Shown here in pieces: positions 39,214 to 52,742 of a DNA stretch of 64,000 nucleotides (within the stretch, counting starts at the first letter, position 1; each line of letters begins with the position of its first letter). The translations under genes and the position numbers were made by a program. The notes under the pieces are model-generated. The model ran no database searches. It saw nothing but the letters and a program-made list of their open reading frames with translations, and had not been told where the DNA came from. Location of the stretch: NCBI RefSeq assembly GCF_964204645.1, contig NC_134030.1, positions 14,384,110 through 14,448,109 of the forward strand. The letters are read 5' to 3'. Origin of the DNA: Tubulanus polymorphus (taxonomy: Eukaryota > Animalia > Nemertea).

Positions 39214-42200
39214 TCCGGCATCAGACCACAATTAGGTTAGTAGCTCGAAGATGCGTTGGGCCGGACCCCAAAAATAGTACCTAGAGTGAAGAAGAGGTCC
39301 CCCATTAATGTTGCTATAATTTCTGCAAATGGGATAGGTAACGAATTTCGGTTATATGTATGAAATCCATTGATCCTGAGGGACAGATTGATGATGAAAT
39401 AAGGGATTCCCTGGACTTTTTTTGCTTGGAGTAAGAGTACCAAACACGGTGGGGGATTCCCTTAGATATTTGGCTCGGATGTACTGGCATACCTGTACTG
39501 GGATACCCCTCCTTTCTAAAGGTTTGATTATTTCAAAAGTTAGGTTGGGAATGTGGGGCGAAAACCACTTCAATGCGTAACTAAGATGTTGGCCTATAAG
39601 CCATAAGCAGGATTTCCCATGGATTTACACGCTTATATATGAACTAAACTCTCGAATTTCTTGTTTTTACTATAGGATATAGAAGATTTTGGAATAGTGG
39701 TCTGAGCTCTGACAGCCAATACAGCCAAAATGACAAATTTTGAGGTTTTGATGAAATTTCACAAATAATTTTTATATTATACATCTTTTGCACATAGGCC
39801 CTATAAGTCGTCTTGAGGCATTCATTGAGACCTAATTTGCTGAATTTAATCAGCTTCATGGTAGGATTTGGTAATATCTTTGCTTGAAGAAGGCTTGAAT
39901 CGCAGATTTCGGTCAACTTTTAGGCATAGATCGTAAGATATTTTCTCGTAGGCTCGGTCTAGGCTCATATCCCATTTCATAAAGGCCATCCTTGCCCATG
40001 CAGAATAATCACATTAATTCAGCTTTCTTTGATTTAGTTATCTAGTTTGGCTGACTTTTTGGTGCCAGATACTGTCAGGAATTTAAGGGGTAGAGGAAAT
40101 GCATATTTTCGTTGAAACCATGGCAACCGAAAGGACATTGTCAGAGGCCAGTTGTGATATTTTTTCTAACTAGTACTGGTGACAGCTACGCTTGGTATAT
40201 AAAAGGCAAAGGCCTGTGGACGCAGTAGGGTGCATTCGAATTAGGCCTTGTGGGCAAGAAAACGCCAAATCTAAAGGTTTCAGCCAATTCGATGATGTAA
40301 ATGGCATTTTTTTCAGAAAATGCTTAAAGATTGTGTTTCTGATTTTTATCCATAGCCATATATTTATATCCATCAGTGAAAAAACCTATAAAGTATTCAG
40401 AAAATGCTGTATAATTGTTTTATTCATATTTTGAAATGAATGTTTGACTTAGATGATATTGATAGAAAACTTGGATTTTGTTTGGGTACTAGTCAGGCAT
40501 CAGACCACAATTAGGTTAGTAGCTCGAAGATGCGTAGGGCCGGACCCCAAAAATAGTACCTAGAGTGAAGAAGAGGTCCCCCATTAATGTTGCTATAATT
40601 TCTGCAAATGGGATAGGTAACGAATTTCGGTTATATGTATGAAATCCATTGATCCTGAGGGACAGATTGATGATGAAATAAGGGATTCCCTGGACTTTTT
40701 TTGCTTGGAGTAAGAGTACCAAACACGGTGGGGGATTCCCTTAGATATTTGGCTCGGATGTACTGGCATACCTGTACTGGGATACCCCTCCTTTCTAAAG
40801 GTTTGATTATTTCAAAAGTTAGGTTGGGAATGTGGGGCGAAAACCACTTCAATGCGTAACTAAGATGTTGGCCTATAAGCCATAAGCAGGATTCCCATGG
40901 ATTTACACGCTTATATATGAACTAAACTCTCGAATTTCTTGTTTTTACTATAGGATATAGAAGATTTTGGAATAGTGGTCTGAGCTCTGACAGCCAATAC
41001 AGCCAAAATGACAAATTTTGAGGTTTTGATGAAATTTCACAAATAATTTTTATATTATACATCTTTTGCACATAGGCCCTATAAGTCGTCTTGAGGCATT
41101 CATTGAGACCTAATTTGCTGAATTTAATCAGTTTCATGGTAGGATTTGGTAATATCTTTGCTTGAAGAAGGCTTGAATCGCAGATTTCGGTCAACTTTTA
41201 GGCATAGATCGTAAGATATTTTCTCGTAGGCTCGGTCTAGGCTCATATCCCATTTCATAAAGGCCATCCTTGCCCATGCAGAATAATCACATTAATTCAG
41301 CTTTCTTTGATTTAGTTATCTAGTTTGGCTGACTTTTTGGTGCCAGATACTGTCAGGAATTTAAGGGGTAGAGGAAATGTATATTTTCGTTGAAACCATG
41401 GCAACCGAAAGGACATTGTCAGAGGCCAGTTGTGATATTTTTTCTAACTAGTACTGGTGACAGCTACGCTTGGTATATAAAAGGCAAAGGCCTGTGGACG
41501 CAGTAGGGTGCATTCGAATTAGGCCTTGTGGGCAAGAAAACGCCAAATCTAAAGGTTTCAGCCAATTCGATGATGTAAATGGCATTTTTTTCAGAAAATG
41601 CTTAAAGATTGTGTTTCTGATTTTTATCCATAGCCATATATTTATATCCATCAGTGAAAAAACCTATAAAGTATTCAGAAAATGCTGTATAATTGTTTTA
41701 TTCATATTTTGAAATGAATGTTTGACTTAGATGATATTGATAGAAAACTTGGATTTTGTTTGGGTACTAGTCAGGCATCAGACCACAATTAGGTTAGTAG
41801 CTCGAAGATGCGTAGGGCCGGACCCCAAAAATAGTACCTAGAGTGAAGAAGAGGTCCCCCATAAATGTTGCCATAATTTCTGCAAATGGGATAGGTAACG
41901 AATTTCGGTTATATGTATGAAATCCATTGATCCTGAGAGACAGATTGATGATGAAATAAGGGATTCCCTGGACTTTTTTTGCTTGGAGTAAGAGTACCAA
42001 ACACGGTGGGGGATTCCCTTAGATATTTGGCTCGGATGTACTGGCATACCTGTACTGGGATACCCCTCCTTTCTAAAGGTTTGATTATTTCAAAAGTTAG
42101 GTTTGGAATGTGGGGCGAAAACCACTTCAATGCGTAGCTAAGATGCTGGCCTATGAGCCATAAGCAGGATTTCCCCTGAATTTACGCGCTTATATATGAA

Positions 42201-42269
42201 CTAAACTCTCGAATTTCTTGTTTTTACTATAGGATATAGAAGATTATGGAATAGTGGTCTGAGCTCTGA
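39214..42269 (+). repeat. Head-to-tail tandem array of a ~1279-bp unit (2.4 copies), possibly a non-autonomous Helitron concatemer
   Basis: Units at 39214-40492, 40493-41770 and 41771-42269; junctions read ...GTACTAG|TCAGGCATC; duplicated ORFs in the track confirm near identity. Confidence 0.9.
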
Positions 42270-42672
42270 TTCCGAGTCGAACATAATTCTAGTAGCCACC
42301 CGTGACTCAACGACCTTGATTTAAACTTGATCAATTCAAAATTTATTTATTGACGCTTCTGGTTACATGAACAGATCAGCAATATACTTAAACAAAATAA
42401 CCGGAATAACAAGAAATCAATAATATAAAAGTGGTAACAAACAAATGCCCGTAATCCTGTCGGACTCGCGAACGCCGGACTAGTAAACTTGCCTTTGCAC
42501 TTTTAACAAAAACTGTGTGGAAAAGTGATTAAACAAGATAAATATAGCTGCAAAGCAGCGTTAACGGGTTTCTGCCTTGCTGGTTTAAATTTCGCACTGA
42601 GATGCGCACAAAGATTTCACCAAGATAATTCTTATCAGTTCATTACATGCGACTATTTTGAAGGAGCGCGAC

Positions 42673-43050
42673 GGGTGTTACTAAAACTATGCACTACTAA
42701 AACGAAGACCGAAGACCTATGCACTTTGCGAGACTAAAACTATGCACTACTAAAACGAAGACCGAAGACCTATGCACTTTGCGAGACTAAAACTATGCAT
42801 GACTAAAACGAAGACCGAAGACCTATGCACTTTGCGAGACTAAACCTATGCATGACTAAAACGAAGACCTATGCACTCATTAGAAATCATAACTAGGGGC
42901 GCTATCTGTATATTCAACCACCTCTGTCGATGAGTATAGGCAATAGGGACCTACTCGATATAAACATACATAAGGAAACGTAAAATGTTCGTTTATTTTT
43001 CTCGGGTGCATAGGTCTTCGTTTTAGTAGTGCATAGTTTTAGTAACACCC
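42673..43050. mobile_element. MITE with a TIR-derived 53-bp internal tandem array
   Basis: 38-bp TIR GGGTGTTACTAAAACTATGCACTACTAAAACGAAGACC and its reverse complement ending at 43050; 53-bp unit ~3.7 times; a further partial unit at 43062-43102. Confidence 0.85.
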
Positions 43051-45317
43051 ACACACGCAAAACTAAAACTATACATGACTAAAACGAAGACCTATGCACT
43101 TTTACAAAACTTACTTCAAACATGGAATTATTCACGCAACCACTTCGGGGAAGCTCCAGTTACGACTATGCCAACAAATGTACGTATTTACGACGAATGA
43201 AACGAAGTTTTCATCTATAAATGTGCGATTTTTATTATATTCGATTTGCTGCGTTGTCGTTGCTAATACATTATTTTCATCAATACACGTTTACGATTCT
43301 ATTTTACGAAGCAAAGTTAGCCTATATATTATAAGGAACAGATTAAGGGATTTATTTTCGATTTCGTTTCACAATTCACGTGGTCAGAATGGTCCCTACA
43401 AATTCTCGTTTACTATGCTGTTCTGAACTTATATTATATATTTGTCGAACACATTACGAGGCCGTTGCTTCAGAGAATAATGGCAATTTAACGTAACGAA
43501 ATATCCATTATGGAAGGCCGAACGTAGAGTTTACTATGGTGGCTACAAAGTGTCAGTCTGGACAACAATAGCATTTGGTCCGGATATACGGAAAAGAATA
43601 TATAACCGATCTATGAATGAATTATCATGGAAATATGTTCCAAGGGTTATTGCGCAACGCTCCGTCACTATTATAACTATCCCGGTCATAATTCAGTACG
43701 GTATGCCCTACCGTAATAAATCAAAAACAAAATACTACCTGGTACTCGAAAATTCCTAAATGCATCTTTCACATACTTTGGAAAATATTCAACTGAAATA
43801 ATTTGAAAGTTTCCTCAATTTATGTTGATAACTGCTACTGCCTACCGGCAAATGTACTATATGCCTGACCATGAGCCAAAATGTCTTTCTAGAATACACG
43901 TTCAGTACAGCAATAAAATTGGTCAGACAATTGAAGTAACATATTCCCCCAAAGCATGTTTAATCACGTTATTTACAGTATTTTGACTCAACTATTTCGT
44001 TTACCGGTACGAATACGCTAGAAATATTCGTTACGGTATAACGGTACTAACCGTAGAGCTTGCCGACTAACGCCAGTTCTACTGCAATTCCTCTGATTAC
44101 GGAGCCGGATCTAGGTCGAGGTCCAGGCAGTTATCCAGAAAAATCTAGACGAGGGGATTACTAAAATTGAAAAATGTCAGTCGAAATCAGTTTCAGTTGT
44201 TCTACAATTAGGCGTTATTGTAACTGTTTTAATTCGGGTACCGGTAGAGATTTTTAACTTTGGTCTTTCTTCAATCCCGAAGTCGGAAAATTCCAAGGTC
44301 CCGATTTTTTCAGTTCGTTTTCCTATCAAAATCTGTCTCAATTCGGATTCTAGAAATCGGAAATTCGGCTAAGTGGGCTAGAATATATGTCCCGAACGTT
44401 TCAAAGCAATGCATTTTTTCCATCTCTAAGTCAGTTCTTTTTAAAAAGATCATCGTTACTGGCGCGCGGTGTCTATGGTAGATTGATTTTTCTGTCGACG
44501 GACAGTTAAGCACATGTTTACAATATTAGTCGGCTATAAATTCTTCATTTTTACAGATTGAAACTCAACTTAAATCTCACCTGTTTACATCAGCCCCGTC
44601 GTTATATTGAAAGAAGTTAAACGTTTTCAGAAGAACCAGAGCGATACAAAAGCGAGGTAAATTTTGATAAGGGATTGAATTATGGAATTTCGGTTAAACA
44701 TGCCAATAGGCCCTACAACAATTACATATCGGTATAGGAAATCTAAGAAAACGAAGATCATAGCTGTAAAACGAATTAAATCGATAGATGGGCACCTTCT
44801 TTTTGAAGGATATCCAAAAGAAGAAAAAGAAGGTAATGTCATCGGTGCAGTAGACATTCTAAATTAAATTGGTATATACTAAACCCATGTAAGTCATTTA
44901 TGCCATTGTATAATTATTTACATTTTCTAGACGGAAACAAATTGGTCGTTCTGACGAAGATCACAAACCTGGGTCAATTGATAAAGCCAACATGGCGTAA
45001 AGGATTGTCTGTTCTTGTCAATAACAATTATGATTTAATTAAATAATATAATGTTCAATCATGTTTTATTCAATCATTTATATTCAAGTTAATTTGATAG
45101 TGATCGAAAATCAATGGATTTCTATCAGTGATTTCAGGATATCATGTTTATTTGTTTTTTAAAAGGAGCATTTATTATCTATTCACGTATTCCTAAATCT
45201 ATAACATCTAACAAAATGCCTTATGCGCTTACAAAGATTACACCTAGATATCAATGCATGACACTTGTGTGAATAGACCTGATCACTTACCACACCGTTC
45301 ACATTTATCATGGAAGT

Positions 45318-45488
<171 letters not shown>

Positions 45489-45645
45489 CATTTTCCGACG
45501 TTTTATCACGAAATAACCGCTAAAAAACTGATTTTAACAACCGCACATTTACCAACGTCTGAAATCGGCCAATAGTGATTTCCGTAGCGATCAGACTATA
45601 GACCCTACAATGGTTAATAAGTAGGTCAGGTGGAAATGTTATTAA

Positions 45646-48565
45646 GTGCAGTCATCTACGTCACGGTCATTTACGTCACATTCTGCCTCCTCAGAAAAGT
45701 GACGTAGATGACCAAAATTTCGACCTTTTCCTCACCAACCTCATATGCACCTAAAAAACTTATAGAATGTATAATTATTTCGTTTTAAAATAAAAATATC
45801 TAATTTATGTTTGTAGGATGCCGTTAACTGCCGCCGAGCGGGCAAAACGTTATCGCGAAAGACAAAAGGCCAAAGGCGCGGAATTTCTTGAAAAAGAGCG
45901 CACACGGCAGAAAAAACTTTATGTGCCAATACAGGAAAAAACATCGCGGGATCAACGACATCAACGACGAAGATGGAAGGTAAATGTAGCCGCATACAAA
46001 AAACGGAAACGCGAGTTCACTGAAATAGAGAGGGCTTTGGGCACGCCCCCAACGACACTGACACAAGAAGATGGTCCAACACCACCCAGGCCAAGTGAGC
46101 GGCGTCAGCAGTGGCGCAACAAAGTTAAGCGTGATAGGGCTGCGGCCTATAGGCAGTTGAAATCCCTAAAAATTAAACTCTTCAATGAGTCTCGCAAAAG
46201 GGAAATGTATCGGAAACGCTGTGAGAGAACTCGGCATAAGTTAAGCACCTTGTTGTCTCCCGTAAAACAAAAAAAGGAAGGAATGCGCAGTTACTAGATC
46301 GTAGCAAGTTGAAAAAAGCATTGACATTCCACAACGCGTTGATACACGATATTAACTAAAGCAATAAGGCAGAAGCAAATCTTTAAAATGATGACATGCG
46401 GTCGGCTCATTCGAAAGTATAGATTGTTGAATTATGCACGAAAAGTGCTTGGCTATCACCACAACACACCCGTCTTAGGGTCGATCTTAAATCCATCTCG
46501 TAAGAAACGATCCGACGCGATATCCAATGAGAATATAAATCACATTCGTGAATTTTATCAGAGAGATGACAATAGTCGAATGTTACCTGGCAAGGAGGAC
46601 ACCATCACAAGAGGAAAAGTAAAAATGCAAAAAAGCATGTTGACGGATGATATAAAAATTCCTCATCAAAAGTACCTCTTGACCATCCCGCCAGGGAAGT
46701 AAGCTATGGGCTGTTTAGCAGACTACGACCATATTGGGTTGTGTTCCCTCGCCTATCAGGTAGGAATACATGTGCCTGCAAAAGACATAGCAACGTACAA
46801 CTATTAGCCGATAGGCTGCACACAGAAGGGTCTCTAACCAGTACAAGACCCAGAGAACATGTGTCGTTTCTAGTATGTGACATCAATGATAAAGCCTGTA
46901 TGTACGGTGAATGTGACAAATGTGCGGGGCAAAGACTTCCCCCACTACCGCTGAATTTAGATAAGGAAAAGAAGGTATCTTATTCACAGTGGGTAACAGC
47001 AGAGATATAGGATCGGAGCGAGAAAAACGACCAATAAAAGTAACGGTCAAAGAAGAGAGGATGGACTCGTTGTTCGACATATATGATAAATATGAAACTG
47101 ACCTGAAACCAAGGTTTACAACCCACATATTTAACATTAGTCATCAATTTCATTCTTTCCGAGAATTAAAACAGAATCTAGACATAAATGAACTTGTTGT
47201 TCACATGGACTTTTCCGAAAACTACAGCTGTTGTAATTCTACAGAGATTCAGAGCACGCACTTCGGTGGATCGCACGCACAGGCATCCCTGCACACTGGA
47301 GTCATGTATACCAAAGAGGGCGACTCGTCATTTTGTAGTATATCGTCGAATACCCGTCATGACCCATCTGGTATTTGGGCCCACGTTCGCCCTGTACTTG
47401 TGGATGCAATGAAGATAAATCCTGATCTTAATACCGTTCATTTCATTACCGACGGGCCCACGAAACAGTACAGAAGTAAAACCAATTTTTCCTAGCCTCT
47501 GATATTCCACAAAGGTTAGGCTTCATCAAAACAACGTCGAACTTTTTGAAAGCTGGCCACGGAAAGGGGGCGGCTGATGGGATAGGTGGTTCCGTCAAAC
47601 GTTTGGCTGATCGTTTAATTGCTGAAGGAATGGATATTCCGAATCCTAGATTGATGTACACCGCCCTGGTCTCAAGAAAGTCAGATATCAAATACTACTA
47701 CATCGAGCACGAAGATATAACAGCATTTGACAACAGGATCCCTCAGAATATCATGACTATCAAGGGAACAATGAAGATACATCAGGTAGGCCCTAATGTA
47801 CTACAGAATATTATCTAAACATAGCCAAAAGCCATGTATACGTCCAGGATAATATTTTTCATTCATTTTCATTTTCAGTTTCTCTTTGACGATCAAATAA
47901 CTGTCCGACATCGTCCGTTAAGTTGCTTTTGTAAGAAACCAGAATTCTGTAAATGTTTTGGGTTACAATCATCAAACCTCCAACCAGCTATAGATAGAGC
48001 AACAAATGCACATACAGGTAGGGAAACGAGTAAAACTTTTGTTTAGTAAATAATCGATGGCGATAACCTCTCATGGCAATCAAGGTTTTGTGGTCACGTC
48101 AGCCGACATCACCGGAACCTAATGGGTTACATTGACAATATCAGGCTGTCGTTGCAATGAAAAAGTTCTTAACTGAACTTAATTGTACTGTACCTTCTAT
48201 ATTTTTGGCATTAAAATACTTAATTAATTATGATCATATTTCGTTTTGCAGATGAACTTCATACATGTGTTTTTCAACCTGTATCAACAAGTGATGAAAA
48301 CCTCAAAGGAAAGTGGGTCGTGGCATTGTATGATGGTCAGCCATATCCCGGAATTATCACTGACTTCGATGAGGACTCCGTTGAAGTTAAATCAATGAGC
48401 CGCATAGGTCAAAACAGATTTTTCTGGACAATGAGAGACGATATAATATGGTATGACTATGTAGCCATCCTATCTCTCATACCGCCCCCAACAAATGTCA
48501 CCTCCCGACATGTTGAGATTGAAAAAAACGTGTGGGAATATATTGTTTATAGGTTAGGCATGTAA
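45646..48565 (+). mobile_element. Sola2-like DNA transposon with a degraded, intron-containing transposase
   Basis: FYQRDDNSRMLPGK.D, R.TCACKRH.N, CM.GEC.KC, VHMDFSENY, FITDGPTKQYR, GHGKGAADGIGGSVKR; 3' exons (47879-48017, 48252-48565) with WVVALYDGQPYPG; repeated GTCAT(C/T)TACGTCAC motifs at the left end; superfamily assigned from memory of motifs. Confidence 0.75.
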
Positions 48566-48672
48566 CATGCCCCCTGATCACTTCGGTCAGTTCAAGGAAT
48601 TTACATTTCACAACATGTATTTGCGTTATTAGTTGATAGATTCCGAATTTTTGACGCCGTAAAAACCATTTA

Positions 48673-48845
48673 CAGTAGACTACTCTCAACTCGAATCCTA
48701 TTAAGTCAGCATATCAGCATAATTTTTTTTCTGTCTCCTATGTTAAACCATACATTTGAATTCACTCTACTCGAAATCGCTTAGTTCAACTCGAACTATT
48801 TTTGAACAAAATACGTTCAAACTCCTCTCAACTCGAATATCTGAA
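48673..48845 (+). mobile_element. Left end of a Tc1/pogo-like MITE
   Basis: TA-CAGTAGAC... start with repeated (A)ACTCGAA subterminal motifs; right TIR not found. Confidence 0.4.
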
Positions 48846-49478
48846 CGACTTCCAGGCAGCAAACACGAAGTATCGAATAAAAACATGCATGTATTTACTG
48901 CTTTAATTAGTAGGCCACCAGTAGTAATACGTGTAGTAGAAGATTCACGCTACACATAAAGACAATACATCGCTCGCGGAGACATTCAGTCATTCAGTAC
49001 GTACACAATCTCCAACAGGGCTAGCGATCCAAAAAACCCGAAAATTAACAGCCCGTTGCCCGTTACACATGTTTATTGATTATCAATGAATGTTAGCATC
49101 GTTACGTTCGTTTCGTCTACTTTTGTTGAGCCAAAAAAAGTTCACAGTAAAATGATTCAAGTCGCATTTCATGATCGCTCCTTTTTCTTCACACCAAGTA
49201 AGTTCTTTGGAGGTAACAAGAGACTAAACAAGCTTTGCTTCAATGGAATTAATTTTTATTTAGCATCTAATTGTCAAACAATGATATGAGGCGTATTCGT
49301 TTACACTAAAACCCGTTTAGGTTTTCAAGACGGTTTACTCCAAACGCATTCGTTTACCATCGAAACCAAATCGGTTCGACGAAACCGACTCATTCGTTAA
49401 CCATCAAACCTAAAACATATAGCTGATCGACCAAGTATGCTACGGAGTATACTTGGTCGGTTTGATGACGTTTGCAAA

Positions 49479-51087
49479 ATGGCGGACATGGAAAGTTGTG
49501 CGCGGTAAGTTCACTAAAATAATCGTATTATTCTATACTTTCGCGTGATATTCAATTGCTAGATCTGTTGAGATGTATAATACATATATCAGTGTATTGA
49601 TAATTAATTAGCAAAACAATGTATGCAGTGCTTCGTCCTACTTTCTCCTTCATTCTTCACTTGGCCATCACGTCACCACACACACATTACACAATCACAT
49701 GCGTGCGTGGTGGTAGGCCTACGTAAACACGCTTCATCACATCTGATGTACAAATGAGCAGTCACTTGTCTTTTCGTAAACAGGTTACGTTCGTAAAAAA
49801 TGGCTTTATTATATTTGTAGGCAGGAAAATGGTTGGTGGAGACCATTATCATTAGATTTTGATGATCGAATTGTCAGTCTTGTGGTTGATTTACCAACAT
49901 GGAGCAAAGTTCAAGATAATGGTAAGTGTCAACAATTCAACCCTGGCCAAATCAATGTCAAACATTTGTATAAACATTAGGTAGGGACAGTGGATTGATT
50001 TTTTTAAAGAAATTTGTCGACCATCAATTTTGTTTTTAAGCTTATACATGTATTTGCATTTAGATACAGAGACCATCGAAGAATTGAAGAAAACGGTAGT
50101 GGAATCAGAGAGAGATGCTCAATGTGAACTTGGTAAGTCTGATTTTCTTTGAGGGAGGGATGTGATATACTTTTTGGAATTCCAATTCTCAATTTTTTTA
50201 ATCTTTATGTGGGATGGGAAATAACAAATTTTCTTAATTCTTGGTATAGAAAAATTATTGTTATTTTTCAATTCTACCAGCTAGTCTTGCTCTATATGTA
50301 AATCTAGTTAACTTACTCTCATCATTCCCAAAGTAAACACCGATCACCCAGCTACATTGTTCAAAGTCTTACTAGATTTTAATTTCTAAAATTGCTTCTC
50401 TCTTCAGTTGCATCTGTTGCAACAGAAGCTCCACCAAGATCAGAAAACACTGAGTCATCAGAAACGGAATCAGAAATATCTGCCATTGGTGTTACATATA
50501 ATACTGCAATGCCAAGGGAGGCAGTTATTCATATCATACAGCTGCACAAAAAACATGCCAGGGAATTTTCGGATCCGCGAATCAAGAAAAGGACTGTTTG
50601 GGAAAAGCTCTCCAAGGAATTGCAGAAACTTGGATATTCTTTTTCATGGCAGCAGATAAAAACCAAATGGAATAATGTAACTCTCAGATACAGAAAAACC
50701 AAGACCGAAAATGATAAAACAGGATATTCTCCTAAAACTTGCCCATATTATGATGAGTTGGATGAATATTTATCTGATAAGCCAAATGTTTCAGCTGAAA
50801 TTGTTATTTCATCTCACGGTAGTGGCCACAATAGTGCAAATATCTGCTCAAGTGAGGATGATGTTACTGATGTTAATCGAGGTGAGGATACCCAGCCTAC
50901 CAAAAGGCAGAGGCTAAAACCTCGAAAGCAAAAAGTTTTTGAACTCATTCAAAAGCAGGATGAACAAAATAAACTTAGACACGATGAGCTAGTTAAAATT
51001 GAAAAGGAACGCCTTGACATTGAAAAGGCCAAATTGGAGGTATTCAAAAAATCCTGGATAAATTTTGATTTAAGCAGTCAGGAGTAA
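49479..51087 (+). CDS. Harbinger Myb/SANT (trihelix) DNA-binding protein, 4 exons (49479-49504, 49821-49921, 50064-50132, 50408-51087)
   Basis: GT-AG introns join in frame; KRTVWEKLSKEL..LGY....QIKTKWNNV..RYRK....N..TG......CPYYDELD; C-terminal coiled coil. Confidence 0.85.
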
Positions 51088-51504
51088 AATAATTTTCATG
51101 TTTACTGCCGGGTACCTATTCTGTGGGGAGTATATTTAAACGAGAGGGTTTTATATACGTATATATAAAATTTAAACCTCAATATGAGGTTCAGTTTTTT
51201 TTTACATTTTTTATCTGTAGGCAAATGTCGCCTGTAAGATTTTGAATTTTTGTTGTTACAGTTTTTATCTGGTGGCCAAGTCAAATATCGCCTGTAAGAT
51301 TTTATATTTTGGTAATTTTTATACTGTTCAGTTATGAAAATAAACAATTATAATTTGAGATCTGGATTAATTATCAAGATGTCCTGAATTATTTCTCTTT
51401 TCTCTAATAGTCTGAGGCTTTGTTCTCCAATCCAATCAATGTAAAAGTCGAAGAAACAAAGAATAAATTGATACACAATGAAACATTTATTCTTCAACGA
51501 TAAG

Positions 51505-52432
51505 TTACATGGACAAAATAATGCTCAGGGCATTACGCTTCTGTTCTGCAGTGGGTTGTATTTCAGCTACATTGTCTATTTGAGGAACAGTTTCTTCAGC
51601 AAGTCCTTCCTCCAAGTAATCGATAAAATCGTCTTCGCTTGTCAGACAAATATTGTGCAGAACGAATACACTAGAAATGAAGGAAACGATTCGCTTCATG
51701 TCAATCATGTCTATATACTTCAACCTACGAAAGCGTCCCTTCGAAACACCAAAAGCATGTTCTATTGGCATTCTTGTAGAACTTTGCTTATAATTGTAAT
51801 CCTTTTTAGCACGGCTTAGGTTGCCCGTGTCTTTATATAGTACCATGATGAAATCTGTTAACGGGTAGGCAGAGTCTCCAAGAATATGACTATTGTTGGG
51901 AAACATTTGTAATCGAGTTGTCGGATTTTCAACCGAATCGCAGAACGGACTGTTACTATATACCCTGGCATCATGCGAGGAACCTGGCCAACCAACGAAT
52001 ATTTCAGTGAAATATAGTTCATGGTCACAAATAGCCATAACAGTTAATTGAGTGAAATTTCTTGCGATTGATATACGTTTCTGGGTTTTTAATCGGAGCG
52101 CGTATAGGTATATGTGTTCCATCGATTGCTCCCAAAACTTTAGGAAACCCTTTCATTCGCGAAAAACCATCCATCACCTCCTGTACTCGACGTCCTGTTG
52201 GCCATTTTACGAATGTAGACATCAGGTGGTTATTAATAAACGACGAGATGGATCCTGAAAAAATGAAATATTTCAAACAACTTATGTGACAAAGATTATG
52301 TGGGTTAAAGACTTCTGATATTGTGCAGTAGGCCTACTTACCGATTATTTCGAAAACTGTGGACTCTGCAACGTTAAAGATATCAGCAATTCGTATTATT
52401 GGTGTTGGTGTGGCAGCATAATAAATGGCTAT
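51505..52432 (-). pseudogene. Harbinger (HARBI1-like) DDE transposase, frameshifted and 5'-truncated
   Basis: IADIFNVAESTV exon; GFPKVLGAIDGTHIPI, YINRKKFHS, GWPGSSHDARV, LGDSAYPL, SSTRMPIEHAFG..KGRFRRL, LHNIC. Confidence 0.92.
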
Positions 52433-52695
52433 ACGACAAACTAACCACAAGATGATTTCTGTGTTTCTGCTTCTTTATTGCTGTTTCTGATGTGTCTAAA
52501 TTTCGACTTTTGAACTGCTCTAATATACTAAATTCTTATCATTTTATCTTCAAAACCTATTATCACTAATTATATTCAACATTCATCATCATGTGAATTC
52601 GTCAGAAAGTCTAGATAAAGTGTAGCGCAGGTATTAAAATGTCATTAGTCTAATCAATGAAAGTTTTACATATTACACTTGTTCGCTTCACAACA
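52433..52695 (-). repeat. 3' LTR (truncated) of BEL/Pao element 3, preceded by a polypurine tract
   Basis: Minus strand reads GGAAGGGGAGAA-TGTTG...; AATAAA within. Confidence 0.7.
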
Positions 52696-52742
52696 TTCTC
52701 CCCTTCCTGATAATCCTACGGATTATCATGTTTTTAATCTAC

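Larger units (their letters stand above)
49290..52432. mobile_element. PIF/Harbinger DNA transposon (convergent Myb/SANT and transposase genes), right end lost at a BEL LTR
   Basis: TGA|GGCGTATTCGTTTAC terminus with subterminal ATTCGTT(T/A)AC repeats; two convergent genes. Confidence 0.88.

Noticed and set aside
39237-42130. Repeated 67-90-aa ORFs in the 1.28-kb units
   Set aside because: Overlapping on both strands, non-ATG starts, no motifs; identical only because the DNA is duplicated
42681-42880. 53-bp repeats as a CRISPR array
   Set aside because: Contiguous tandem units without spacers, derived from a MITE TIR
44560-45000. Possible spliced exons of a host gene
   Set aside because: Splice-like signals are present but there is no recognisable protein; probably a transposon remnant; not supportable
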